Assembly (NCBI GenBank): GCA_039000985.1
Contig: JAWBMD010000017.1
Location: forward strand, 1-16,756
Length of the DNA stretch: 16,756 nt
Direction of reading: 5' to 3'
DNA from: Candidatus Aenigmatarchaeota archaeon
GTDB lineage: Archaea > Aenigmatarchaeota > Aenigmatarchaeia > CG10238-14 > SpSt-28
Shown: piece by piece, positions 7,898 through 16,756 of the stretch
How positions within the stretch are numbered: the stretch's first letter is position 1
How the letters are laid out: each line of letters starts with the position of its first letter
Notes under the pieces: model-generated
Told to the model about the DNA's origin: nothing
Database searches by the model: none
What the model saw: only the letters and a program-made list of their open reading frames with translations
Translations under genes and position numbers: made by a program

Positions 7898-8345
7898 ATT
7901 TTTCACTTCTGAAGAGAAGCATAATAACTAATGGAAATAATTTTTCATAATTTTCTTTAAAGAATTCTTTGGAAAAATCATTTTGGTTGAAAGCTTTTTT
8001 TGTCGCTTCTACAGCAATTTCTGTAGCTATAGCAGCATATGTAAAGCCGCCAGCGCTGTAAGGTTTTACTTGGCTCCCCGCATCTCCCAGCAAAAAACCT
8101 CATCAAAGTAAGTTTTGGTAGGCAAACCTATGCGAATTGTATCGCCATAAAAATCTTCAGATTTAGCTCTATCAAATTTTTGTTGAATAAAGTTGTTTAA
8201 AAGATTTAAAGCATTATTTTCATTAATTATTCCTTACCTCTTTTGCCCTTTCTTCGTCCACAGCAACAAGCCATATAAAATAGTTTTTATTTTAATTAAA
8301 ATAAATAATAAATTTCGATCTCATTAATAAGTTTTTCTTTAATTG
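7884..8345 (-). pseudogene. Fragment of a geranylgeranyl-reductase-family flavoprotein
   Basis: Frameshifted pieces NYFIWLVAVDEERAK, DFYGDTIRIGLPTKTYFDEVF and LLGDAGSQVKPYSAGG match the GDAA.QVKP..GGG motif. The N-terminal FAD motif is absent. Confidence 0.75.
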
Positions 8346-8505
8346 CTCCTACCGATGACATGCTAAGATGAAATATAATTCCGTTGTGGTACTGTTTAGA
8401 AAGCTATAAACCTAAGTTATTTTCAACTTCTCAGATTTTAGTATATCAAAACACCTTCTATATTTTTTCAAAAATTTATTTATTAAAAATTAATAATTAA
8501 ATATT

Positions 8506-8718
8506 ATGGTAGAATACAATGCTCTGAAAAAAGCATTGGAAGAAAATGGAGAATTAATGTTGGTAACTGATTCTGGCAGCAAATTTGAAATACATAAGCA
8601 CAATGTAACTTTTGATGACAAAACAAAAATGATAAAAATAGATGCGGGCAATGAAATTTTTTGGTTGGATACAGAAAAAATTGAATACTATTGGATCCAT
8701 AAAAAAGCTAAAGAATAA
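8506..8718 (+). CDS. Small hypothetical protein (70 aa, beta-rich, several His)
   Basis: ATG start with an upstream AT-rich TATA-like element; natural protein composition; its stop abuts the next ATG. Confidence 0.8.
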   Translation: MVEYNALKKALEENGELMLVTDSGSKFEIHKHNVTFDDKTKMIKIDAGNEIFWLDTEKIEYYWIHKKAKE

Positions 8719-9681
8719 ATGCCAACATTAGCTAAAACATCAAAAAGCAAAATAGAAAATATTTATGATTTAATAATTATTGGTGCCGGTCCTGCCGGAA
8801 TTTCTGCTTCTATTTTTGCTGCTAGACAAAAATTAAATTTTTTGCTTATTTCAAAAGATTTTGGCGGACTTGCAAATTTTATTCCTGATATAGAAACTTA
8901 CATTGGTTATCATTATATGAGCGGCTATGACCTTATAGAAAAATTTAAAGAACATATGAAGGATTACAATATACCCATGAAATTGGAAGAAGAAGTTACT
9001 GATGTTAGAAAGGAAAAAAATGTTTTTAAAATTTATACTAACAAATCAATTTACTATGCGAAAGCTATTATTGTAGCTTCTGGAAGAGGATTCAAGAAAT
9101 TAAATGTTCCTGGAGAAAAAGAATTTGAAAATAAAGGTTTGTCTTATTGTGCTGCTTGCGATGGACCATTGTTTAAAAATAAAATTGTCGCTGTTATTGG
9201 AGGAGGTAAATCCGGCTTATTATCTACCTTATTTTTATTAAACATTGCTAAGAAAATTTATATTCTTGAAATTAGACCAGAAATAGGAGCGATGGATATA
9301 GGTAGTGATATTGTTGAAACAGTAAAAAATAGTTCAAAAGTTGAAATTTTCACTTCAGCCGAAACCATAGAAATTTATGGTGACTCTACAGTAAAAGGAA
9401 TTAAATTTAAACATAAGGGAAAAATAAAAGATTTGTCTGTAGAAGGAGTTTTTGTAGAAATTGGTTATGTTCCGCATACAAATTTTCTTAAAAATCTAAA
9501 AGTTAAATTAAACCAAAGAAATGAGATAATAATTGATAAAAATAACATGACAAATGTTAAAGGAGTCTTTGCAGCTGGAGATGTAACTGACATACCAGAA
9601 AAACAAGTAATCGTGGCTTGTGGTGAAGGAGCAAAAGCTTTGATGTCAGTAATAAGATATTTATCTAGTTTTAAAGGTTAA
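8719..9681 (+). CDS. trxB: Thioredoxin reductase / AhpF C-terminal-like FAD oxidoreductase
   Basis: GAGPAG, redox-active SYCAACDG, VIGGG, GVFVEIG and TNVKGVFAAGDVT motifs. Confidence 0.92.
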   Translation: MPTLAKTSKSKIENIYDLIIIGAGPAGISASIFAARQKLNFLLISKDFGGLANFIPDIETYIGYHYMSGYDLIEKFKEHMKDYNIPMKLEEEVTDVRKEKNVFKIYTNKSIYYAKAIIVASGRGFKKLNVPGEKEFENKGLSYCAACDGPLFKNKIVAVIGGGKSGLLSTLFLLNIAKKIYILEIRPEIGAMDIGSDIVETVKNSSKVEIFTSAETIEIYGDSTVKGIKFKHKGKIKDLSVEGVFVEIGYVPHTNFLKNLKVKLNQRNEIIIDKNNMTNVKGVFAAGDVTDIPEKQVIVACGEGAKALMSVIRYLSSFKG

Positions 9682-9683
9682 AT

Positions 9684-10211
9684 ATGAAGTTTTCACAGAT
9701 AATTAAAAAAATGTACAATGCAAATAACTCAGATTTTTGGCTTAGCATAATTAGAATAGTTTTTGGTATTTTTTGGATTTTAAGTGGGCTGGGAAAAGTT
9801 ATGAATCCAGATTATGTTCTCAGCTTCCCCCAAACTATTGAAAGTTTTATGAGTAAAAATCCAAATAAATGGTACATACCTTTTTTGCAAAATTTTGTTC
9901 TTCCCAATTCCTCTTGGTTAGCCTATTTAATTTCTTACGGCGAACTTATTACAGGATTGGCTTTAGTATTTGGCTTGCTCATCAATTTCTTTTTAGCTTA
10001 TGCAGTATTTATGAATATAAACTTTTATTTCGCCGCAGGTTGGCTTAGTATTTCTACAGCTATGTTAAACTTTTTGATGATTGCAATACAAATTATTTTA
10101 ATTTTGTCTCTCGGATCTAAAACTTTGAGTTTAGATTATTTAATAAAACTTTCGAAAATGAGAAAAAGTTATGTTAAGGGTAAATTAAAGCTTTTCAATT
10201 TGTTTTTTTAG
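9684..10211 (+). CDS. DoxX/DoxD-family membrane protein
   Basis: IRIVFGIFWILSGLGK, WY..FL..FVLPN, GELITGLALVFGL and final SLD motifs; about four TM segments. Confidence 0.88.
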   Translation: MKFSQIIKKMYNANNSDFWLSIIRIVFGIFWILSGLGKVMNPDYVLSFPQTIESFMSKNPNKWYIPFLQNFVLPNSSWLAYLISYGELITGLALVFGLLINFFLAYAVFMNINFYFAAGWLSISTAMLNFLMIAIQIILILSLGSKTLSLDYLIKLSKMRKSYVKGKLKLFNLFF

Positions 10212-10472
10212 TTCAGGTATTACAACAGGACCTTTAAGTTTTAGTTTAACTTTTTTTACTCCATCAACAGAAAGAACAGCTTGCTTTATATCATTTGCCA
10301 TCTTAAAAGCTAACATTGGAGGACAAAAAGGAGTTGTGAGATGAAAAGTAATTTCTACATTACCATTTTTTACTTTAACATTATCGATCAATTTCATTTC
10401 TGTTATAGGTATACCAATCTCAGGATCTACAACTTTATCTAATGCCTTTAATATTTTTTTTATTTCAACCAT
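10185..10472 (-). CDS. DUF59 / SufT-like Fe-S assembly protein
   Basis: VVDPEIG..I..M.LI and TTPFCP motifs; last gene of the suf operon. Confidence 0.92.
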   Translation of the reverse strand: MVEIKKILKALDKVVDPEIGIPITEMKLIDNVKVKNGNVEITFHLTTPFCPPMLAFKMANDIKQAVLSVDGVKKVKLKLKGPVVIPELKKQIEKL

Positions 10473-10633
10473 ATTTCCAAACTAATTAAGCTTTCTAACA
10501 AATTTTTAACACTTGAAAGGTAAAAATATGCAGCTAAAGCACCAATAACACATGCTAATTTTTTGTTCCACAAAAGTAGAAGTCCACTAATTAAAACCAG
10601 AAAGCTACTCAGAATTGAAATTAAAGGAATCAT
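10460..10633 (-). CDS. Small (57 aa) predicted two-helix membrane protein, not in the ORF track
   Basis: MIPLISILSSFLVLISGLLLLWNKKLACVIGALAAYFYLSSVKNLLESLISLEIWLK*. It has an ATGA overlap with the Rieske stop, a 13-nt overlap with the DUF59 start, and fills the gap exactly. Confidence 0.65.
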   Translation of the reverse strand: MIPLISILSSFLVLISGLLLLWNKKLACVIGALAAYFYLSSVKNLLESLISLEIWLK

Positions 10634-10938
10634 AACTCTATATAAACCTCTTCATCTTTTATAATAACTTTATAAGTATTAACATCTTCGCTGGCTGGAG
10701 GTCTTAATACTTTTCCTGTTTTTAAATCAAATTGTGCCCCATGCCATGGGCAAACTATAGTTGTGCCTTCAACATCACCTTCATGCAAAGGCGCTCCTGC
10801 ATGAGTGCAAAGATCATCTATAGCATAAAAATTTCCATTTATCTTGAAAACTGCTATTTCTTTTTTTCCAACTTTCACTAATTTTCCCACGTTTTCTTCA
10901 AAATCAGAAACTTTACCTATTTTTATTTTTTTCGCCAT
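10630..10938 (-). CDS. Rieske [2Fe-2S] ferredoxin (suf-associated)
   Basis: CTH and CPWHG Rieske boxes. Confidence 0.95.
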   Translation of the reverse strand: MAKKIKIGKVSDFEENVGKLVKVGKKEIAVFKINGNFYAIDDLCTHAGAPLHEGDVEGTTIVCPWHGAQFDLKTGKVLRPPASEDVNTYKVIIKDEEVYIEL

Positions 10939-10942
10939 TTTT

Positions 10943-11341
10943 TCAAGGCTCCTCTTCTTTTAATCCTAAATAAGAGTAAAGGGCCATTTTGAAAACTTTG
11001 TAAGCTAATAAAGCACACTTAATTCTAATTGGACCAAAATTTATGTTACCAAAAAGTTTTATCATATCTTCCTTTGAAAATTTTTTTGCCTCTTCCAAAC
11101 TTTTATTTTTCATTTTTTCTGTAAGCATGGAAGCACCAGCCTGACTAATTGCGCAACCCTTTCCACTAAACTTTATATCATAAATTTTTCCATCATTAAT
11201 TTTTAAATATATTTCAATTGTATCGCCACACAAAGGGTTAGAGTCTCTATATTTTACTGTTGGATTTTCAATAGTACCATAGTTTTTAGGATTTCTATAA
11301 TGTTCTAATATAATTGTTTGATAAATTTCTGATTTGCTCAT
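10943..11341 (-). CDS. sufU: SufU/NifU-like Fe-S scaffold or sulfur acceptor
   Basis: ILEHYRNPKN, NPLCGD, GCAISQA and RIKCALL. Confidence 0.95.
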   Translation of the reverse strand: MSKSEIYQTIILEHYRNPKNYGTIENPTVKYRDSNPLCGDTIEIYLKINDGKIYDIKFSGKGCAISQAGASMLTEKMKNKSLEEAKKFSKEDMIKLFGNINFGPIRIKCALLAYKVFKMALYSYLGLKEEEP

Positions 11342-12555
11342 AATTTAAACACTTTTCTAGCCTTTTCTAAAGAATTTACAAAACGATCAACTTCTTCCTT
11401 TGTATTATAAAGATAAAAGCTAGCCCTTGTTGTAGCTACCACACCCAACCTATTCATTAAAGGCATGGCGCAATGATGTCCACTTCTAACTGCGATGGCA
11501 TCCTCATCTAAAATTGTTGCTAAATCATGGGGGTGTATATCTGCTAAGTTAAAAGAAATTACTCCCGCCCTTTCCTTCGCTTCTCCAAAAATTTTTATTT
11601 CTTCTATTTCCTTCATCTTTTTTAATGTATATTGAGTAAGTTTTTCTTCATGTTTAGCAATGTTTTTCATTCCAATTTTTTTCAAATAATCAACAGCTAC
11701 TCCTAAGGCAATGGCACCCGCTATATTAGGTGTTCCGGCTTCAAATTTAAGGGGCAAATCTGCAAAAATTGTATGATCAAGATAAACTTCTTTTATCATT
11801 TCGCTACCATAATTAAATGGTTTCATTTTCTCCAAAATTTCTTTTTTCGCATATAGCACGCCTATGCCTGTTGGTCCTAACATTTTGTGCCCAGAAAAAA
11901 CCAAAAAATCGCAATTTATTTTCTGAACATCTATGGGCAAATGAGGAACTGACTGTGCCCCATCTACAAGATATAAAGCTCCATTATCATGGGCAATTTT
12001 TTCGATTTTATCAATTGGATTTATAGTACCCAAAACATTCGATACATGGGTTACAGTTATAAGTTTAGTGTTCTTAGTAATTAGTTCATTGTATTGATGA
12101 AGCTTTAAATTTCCTTTATCATCTATATCAACAAATTTTAATTTTACCCCCCTTTCTTGCAAAAATTGCCATGGCACGATATTGGAATGGTGCTCCATAA
12201 TTGTAGAAATAATTTCATCTCCAGCCTTTAAATTATGAATAGCATAGCCATATAAAACTAAATTTATTGCTTCTGTAGTGCTACGAGTAAAAATTATTTC
12301 TTTTTCATTCTCTGCATTGATAAACTCTGCAATTTTTCTCCTGGCTTCCTCATATTTTTCTGTAGCTTCTTCAGATAAGGTATGTACTCCACGAAAAACA
12401 TTTGCATTATGTTTTTCATAGAATTCTTTTAATGCCTCAATAACTTGCTTAGGCTTTTGGGAAGTTGCAGCATTATCAAAATAAACTAATAGCTTGCCAT
12501 TAATTTTTCTTTTTAATATGGGGAAATCTTCACGAATTTTTTCTACATTCAACAT
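11338..12555 (-). CDS. sufS: Cysteine desulfurase, group II
   Basis: YFDNAATSQKP, EHHSN, SGHKM (PLP Lys) and RSGHHCA. Confidence 0.97.
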   Translation of the reverse strand: MLNVEKIREDFPILKRKINGKLLVYFDNAATSQKPKQVIEALKEFYEKHNANVFRGVHTLSEEATEKYEEARRKIAEFINAENEKEIIFTRSTTEAINLVLYGYAIHNLKAGDEIISTIMEHHSNIVPWQFLQERGVKLKFVDIDDKGNLKLHQYNELITKNTKLITVTHVSNVLGTINPIDKIEKIAHDNGALYLVDGAQSVPHLPIDVQKINCDFLVFSGHKMLGPTGIGVLYAKKEILEKMKPFNYGSEMIKEVYLDHTIFADLPLKFEAGTPNIAGAIALGVAVDYLKKIGMKNIAKHEEKLTQYTLKKMKEIEEIKIFGEAKERAGVISFNLADIHPHDLATILDEDAIAVRSGHHCAMPLMNRLGVVATTRASFYLYNTKEEVDRFVNSLEKARKVFKL

Positions 12556-12558
12556 TTT

Positions 12559-13824
12559 TCACCGATACTTATAATGTTTTTCTAAGCTATCTGAAATGAT
12601 TTTATTTTTCATTTCTAATGGAATTATATCTTTCTTTCCGAAAATATTTTGTTCAATATTTTCTAGAACAATCTTTATTATATCTTCATTTGGAATTCTG
12701 CTTATTATGGGGTCAAAAAAACTTAGAACCAAAAGGTTTTTCGCCAAATCTTCTTTTATACCTCTACTTTGTAAATAAAATATCTGCTCTTCATCTAAAT
12801 GCGAAACTGAAGCAGAATGAGTAGCTTTTACCTCATTAGTTTCTATTTCAAGGCTAGGGATTATATCTGCATTTGCATCTTTACTTAAAAGTAAGCCGTG
12901 CTCAGAAAGATATGCTTGGGAGTTTTTTGCTATATTCTCAATTTTTATTTTTCCTTTAACTATTGCTTGACTTTTGTCTTGCAATACACTTCTTGAAACG
13001 GAAAGACTAGAAGTTAACTTTGATAAATGATAAGAATTTAAATCTGAATCAAATCTTTGATTTTCTTTGGCTGAGATTATTTGGAAATTTTCAACACTTG
13101 CTCCTATACCAACTAAAAAACAATCAACTTTAGATTTTGTTATGGCACCGCCAAAAATTCCGTGGGTAAAAATCATTTTGCTATTTTCCTCACAAAAACT
13201 TTTTTTATGAGAAAGATTAATTAAATTTTTATCAAAATTTTCTATGCTACAATAAGTTAATTGGGATGAATTTTTTAAGAAAAATTCAGAGCTCACAGAA
13301 CACATATTATTTATTTCTTTTGATTTTGAACTTTTATATTCAAAAACATTAAGACTGCTATTTTCTTCTAAAATAAAAATGTTCTTAGAAAAAACTGAAT
13401 TTTTATCAATTTCATAAAACAATTCGAGAGGAAAGTTTGTTTCTGTATTTTTTGGCACCCTCACAAAAATTCCAGAATTAAATAGTGCATTATTCAAACA
13501 AAGGAATTTATCATTTGGTAAATTATTAAAGTATTTTTTTAATTCTGAATAGCTATTTAAAGAGTAAAAAATATCGTCTATCTCTACAGAACTCTCTCTG
13601 TATTTTACCTTCAAACTTTCTTCAGAATTTATTTTTGGGTTAATTTCATTTATGTTAAAATCTGTAATTCTTGAATATTTGGCATATAATGGCGAGGTTT
13701 CTGGAGGCAATTCTAAAAATTTCCTAAAAGATTTTACTCTAAATTCTGTTAGCCATTGAGGCTCATTCCTTTCTTTAGAAAATTCTATGATTTTTTCCTC
13801 TGAAATTTTATTAAATTCTATCAT
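12559..13824 (-). CDS. sufD: Fe-S assembly protein SufD
   Basis: PSLEI...VKATHSASV..LDEEQIFYLQSRGI; lies between sufB and sufS. ATG at 13824 chosen; GTG at 13839 is the alternative. Confidence 0.93.
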   Translation of the reverse strand: MIEFNKISEEKIIEFSKERNEPQWLTEFRVKSFRKFLELPPETSPLYAKYSRITDFNINEINPKINSEESLKVKYRESSVEIDDIFYSLNSYSELKKYFNNLPNDKFLCLNNALFNSGIFVRVPKNTETNFPLELFYEIDKNSVFSKNIFILEENSSLNVFEYKSSKSKEINNMCSVSSEFFLKNSSQLTYCSIENFDKNLINLSHKKSFCEENSKMIFTHGIFGGAITKSKVDCFLVGIGASVENFQIISAKENQRFDSDLNSYHLSKLTSSLSVSRSVLQDKSQAIVKGKIKIENIAKNSQAYLSEHGLLLSKDANADIIPSLEIETNEVKATHSASVSHLDEEQIFYLQSRGIKEDLAKNLLVLSFFDPIISRIPNEDIIKIVLENIEQNIFGKKDIIPLEMKNKIISDSLEKHYKYR

Positions 13825-13828
13825 TAGA

Positions 13829-15217
13829 TTAACCAACACTTCCTTCCATCTCTAACCTAATTAATCTGTTTAGCTCAACAGCATATTCCATTGGCAATTC
13901 CTTTGTGAAAATTTCTATGAAGCCAGTAACTATCATGCTTAATGCATCTACCTCTGATAAGCCTCGAGACATTAAATAAAATATTTGATCTTCTCCAATT
14001 TTTCCTACCGTAGCCTCATGAGTAATTGTTGCATCACTTTCATTTATTTCATTATAAGGATAAGTATCAGTCCTAGATATATCATCCAATATCAAAGCAT
14101 CACATCTGACAGTAGATTTTACACCAGTTGCATTTTTAGCTACATAAACTAAGCCGCGATAAGTGGTTCTACCACCATCCTTACATACAGACTTGGCAGT
14201 AATTCGAGATTGTGTGTTAGGTGCAAAATGTAAAACTTTTCCTCCAGAATCTTGATGTTGATTCTTTCCAGCAAAAGCAACAGATAAAATATCAGCCTTA
14301 GCATTTCTTCCCATAAGAAAAACTGATGGGTATTTCATTGTTACTTTGCTACCAATGTTTCCATCCAACCATTCAACAATAGCATCTTCATAGGCATAAG
14401 CCCTTTTTGTAACAAGGTTGTAAACATCACTGCTCCAGTTTTGTATAGTCGTATATCTCACTTCTGCTCCTTTTAATGCAACAATTTCAACCACGGCTGC
14501 ATGTAAAGAATTGCTAGTATATATAGGAGCGGAACAACCCTCGATATAATGAACTTTGCTATAAGGTTCTGCAATGATTAAAGTTCTTTCGAATTGGCCC
14601 ATATTTTTGGCATTTATTCGAAAGTAAGCTTGCAAAGGTAAATCAACTTCAACCCCCTCAGGAACATAAATAAATGAACCGCCAGACCAAACAGCAGTAT
14701 TCAAAGCAGCGAGTTTATTATCATTATAAGGAACTATGGTACCAAAATATTTTCTCACAATTTCTGGATATTCCTGTACTGCAGTATCTGTATCTAAAAA
14801 AATCACTCCTTTTTTCTCTAATTCTTTTTGTATGTTGTGATAAATTACCTCGGATTCGAATTGTGCACCAACGCCAGCTAAAAACTTTCTTTCCGCTTCC
14901 GGTATTCCTAATTTTTCAAAGGTATTTCTTATGTTTTCAGGTAAATCTTCCCATCTTGTAGTTTTTCGGCTTTCAGGCTTAGCAAACCAAATAATATCAT
15001 TCCAAGGAATTCCACTCAAGTCCGCACCCCATGTAGGCATAGGTCTTTGAAGAAAATGTTTAAAAGCTTTAAGCCTAATCTTTTTCATCCATTCGGGCTC
15101 ATTTTTAATTTCAGAAATTTTTTCTACGATTTCTTTTGTTAATTTTCCTTTCAAAAGCTCCGAATATTTTGCCTCAACTTTAAAGTCATATTTACTATAG
15201 TCAAAACTAATCTCCAT
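13829..15217 (-). CDS. sufB: Fe-S assembly protein SufB
   Basis: [38 protein letters not shown] and YLMSRGL. Confidence 0.98.
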   Translation of the reverse strand: MEISFDYSKYDFKVEAKYSELLKGKLTKEIVEKISEIKNEPEWMKKIRLKAFKHFLQRPMPTWGADLSGIPWNDIIWFAKPESRKTTRWEDLPENIRNTFEKLGIPEAERKFLAGVGAQFESEVIYHNIQKELEKKGVIFLDTDTAVQEYPEIVRKYFGTIVPYNDNKLAALNTAVWSGGSFIYVPEGVEVDLPLQAYFRINAKNMGQFERTLIIAEPYSKVHYIEGCSAPIYTSNSLHAAVVEIVALKGAEVRYTTIQNWSSDVYNLVTKRAYAYEDAIVEWLDGNIGSKVTMKYPSVFLMGRNAKADILSVAFAGKNQHQDSGGKVLHFAPNTQSRITAKSVCKDGGRTTYRGLVYVAKNATGVKSTVRCDALILDDISRTDTYPYNEINESDATITHEATVGKIGEDQIFYLMSRGLSEVDALSMIVTGFIEIFTKELPMEYAVELNRLIRLEMEGSVG

Positions 15218-15965
15218 TGTTATTCTCCTTTATCCAACTATAACCTCTTTGCTCCAATTGCTCCGCTAACTCTGGTCCACCAGATAAAACAATTTTACCA
15301 TCCACCATAACATGAACAAAATTGGGCTTTACATATTGTAAAATTCTTTGATAATGAGTTATCAAAATTATTCCAATATTTTCTACTCTAAGTTTGTTTA
15401 TTGCATTGGCAACAATCTTTAGTGCATCTATATCTAAACCCGAATCGGTTTCATCTAAAATTGCAAATTTTGGTTGTAAAACAGCCAACTGTGCAATTTC
15501 ACATCTCTTCTTTTCACCACCAGAAAAACCATCATTTAAATACCTGTCAATAAAACTTTCATCAAATTTAACCAATGAGAATTTTTCTTTAACATAGTCT
15601 GAAAATTCCATAAAAGAAATTCTCTCATTTTCAGGTTTTACTGCTTTATAAGCATTCCATAAAAAATTAAACAAATTTAGGCCAGCGATAGCAATTGGAT
15701 ATTGAAAAGCTAAAAATATTCCTTTTCTAGCTCTTTCATCAGTTTTTAAATTAAGAATACTTTCAGAATTGAGTTTTATATCACCTTTTTCAACTTTGTA
15801 ATTAGGATGATTCATTAAAGTAAATGCTAGCGTGCTTTTCCCCGATCCATTCGGGCCCATTATGGCATGAACTTCTCCTCGTTCAACTTTTAAATTTACA
15901 CCTTTCAATATTTTCTTTCCATCAACGCTTACATGCAAATCTACTATTTCCAAAAATTCTTTCAT
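15207..15965 (-). CDS. sufC: Fe-S assembly ATPase SufC
   Basis: [36 protein letters not shown] and ITHYQR. The ATG at 15965 (MKEFLEI) is preferred over the TTG at 15983. Confidence 0.97.
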   Translation of the reverse strand: MKEFLEIVDLHVSVDGKKILKGVNLKVERGEVHAIMGPNGSGKSTLAFTLMNHPNYKVEKGDIKLNSESILNLKTDERARKGIFLAFQYPIAIAGLNLFNFLWNAYKAVKPENERISFMEFSDYVKEKFSLVKFDESFIDRYLNDGFSGGEKKRCEIAQLAVLQPKFAILDETDSGLDIDALKIVANAINKLRVENIGIILITHYQRILQYVKPNFVHVMVDGKIVLSGGPELAEQLEQRGYSWIKENNNGD

Positions 15966-15969
15966 CTTC

Positions 15970-16059
15970 TTACCATAAAACAAGGTATTGTAGTAAATTA
16001 TACTTTTCTATTAATTCTTTCGATATTATTGCATGTATTAAATCAGTTGCTGCAACCAT
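15970..16059 (-). pseudogene. 29-codon ORF upstream of sufC; probable internally deleted relic of a COG2522-type HTH regulator
   Basis: MVAATDLIHAIISKELIEKYNLLQYLVLW*. AIISKELIEKYNL.Q resembles the A.IAKELIEKYG.TQ segment of archaeal HTH regulators. Its stop lies 4 nt before the sufC ATG. Confidence 0.55.
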
Positions 16060-16122
16060 AAAAAATATTTTAGGATAGATAAAATATATAAATCTTTTTG
16101 TACAGACCTTTTGATTTAGATT
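16056..16122 (-). promoter_or_regulatory. Archaeal BRE/TATA promoter of the suf operon, duplicated (copy B)
   Basis: Near-identical to 7314-7380; TTTATATA (16085-16092) lies 25 nt before the ATG at 16059. Confidence 0.8.
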
Positions 16123-16246
16123 CAGATTTTTAAATAAAGATTAATTATTTTCTTGATCCTAGAGGGAGTGGAATTGTATTTTCGTCCATATAAGCGGATT
16201 TGTTTTTGGTTATTTGTTTGTAAAAATATATAAAAAAAATTTCTTG

Positions 16247-16525
16247 TTAAATACTCTTTAACTTTTGATTTTTCCTCCAAAGTTCATTTATTTTTTCTGC
16301 CAATATGAAATCTTTTTCTGTCAAATTTTTAACGCTATGAGTATAGTTAATTAATTTAACTTTATTCCAAGAATGAATTATAATATCCGGATGATGGTTA
16401 AGTTTTTCTGCTATTTTTCCAACTTTGTTGACAAATTTCAATGCTTGAACGAAATCTTTAAACACAAAATCTCTTTCTAACTTTCCATTGATTATTTTCC
16501 ATCCTTTAATTTTTTTCTTTACCAT
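16247..16525 (-). CDS. phhB: Pterin-4-alpha-carbinolamine dehydratase
   Basis: F.FKDF..AL.FVNKVG.IAE..NHHPDI, THS and LTEKDF.LA motifs. Confidence 0.95.
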   Translation of the reverse strand: MVKKKIKGWKIINGKLERDFVFKDFVQALKFVNKVGKIAEKLNHHPDIIIHSWNKVKLINYTHSVKNLTEKDFILAEKINELWRKNQKLKSI

Positions 16526-16637
16526 ATAATATTTGTTCTTTAATTCTTTTATATTTACTACAGAACTTAATCTTAAAACCTTTAAGCTTATGTTAGATAT
16601 ATTATATACAAAAAATATTCTTATTACTACATTCTTC

Positions 16638-16756
16638 TTGCTATACTTTTCTGTTGATTTACCAGTTTTAATATTTTCAAGCTTATCATTGCACTTTTTA
16701 CAAATACTTACAACTTTTTTATTTCAATAGCAATAACTTTTAGCTTTAACATCTAC
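16638..16756. repeat. 119-bp perfect direct repeat, copy 2 (runs to the window end)
   Basis: Identical to 3515-3633. Confidence 0.97.

Noticed and set aside
7884..8093. 69-aa ORF as an intact gene
   Set aside because: It starts in the middle of a motif and is part of the GGR-family pseudogene.
13829..15217. Intein in SufB
   Set aside because: Normal length (462 aa) with continuous motifs.
11817..16078. Short + strand ORFs at 11817, 12596, 12618, 14674, 15394 and 15824
   Set aside because: All are antisense to well-supported suf genes.
16533..16730. 65-aa + strand ORF
   Set aside because: TTG start, overlaps the PCD promoter region and the direct repeat; low-complexity AT-driven sequence.
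1..16756. Stop-codon reassignment as the explanation for in-frame stops in the relics
   Set aside because: TGA ends intact genes (Rieske, sufU, sufD), long genes read through cleanly in the standard code, and the relics also contain TAG/TAA stops and frameshifts.
767..16756. cas genes, integrase/transposase, tRNA or rRNA
   Set aside because: No ORF shows such motifs and no GC-rich structured RNA stretch was seen; the CRISPR subtype cannot be assigned from this window.

Overview
Very AT-rich window, most likely from a small-genome thermophilic archaeon (DPANN-like; inferred from BRE/TATA boxes about 22-25 nt before start codons, an aCPSF1 relic, a Pyrobaculum-type SOD and a DUF5667-like protein). 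It opens inside the trailer end of a CRISPR array (12 repeats including one partial and one degenerate, 11 spacers, no cas genes in view). The rest is a redox/oxygen-stress island: D-2-hydroxyacid dehydrogenase, Fe/Mn SOD, a [3Fe-4S]-type ferredoxin, a three-gene module (secreted DUF5667/cupredoxin-fold protein, membrane-anchored cupredoxin with an atypical H...CxxC-x8-H site, stand-alone RnfD/NqrB-like membrane protein), a small-protein/TrxR-like/DoxX operon, a sufCBDSU-Rieske-small membrane ORF-DUF59 operon and a pterin-4a-carbinolamine dehydratase. The intergenic DNA holds decayed gene relics (aCPSF1/FttA 5' part, geranylgeranyl reductase, two HTH-regulator relics). A near-identical promoter precedes both the suf operon and the cupredoxin/RnfD-like module. 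A perfect 119-bp direct repeat (3515-3633 and 16638-16756) brackets about 13 kb of the island. All family assignments come from motif recognition by eye; no database searches were run.
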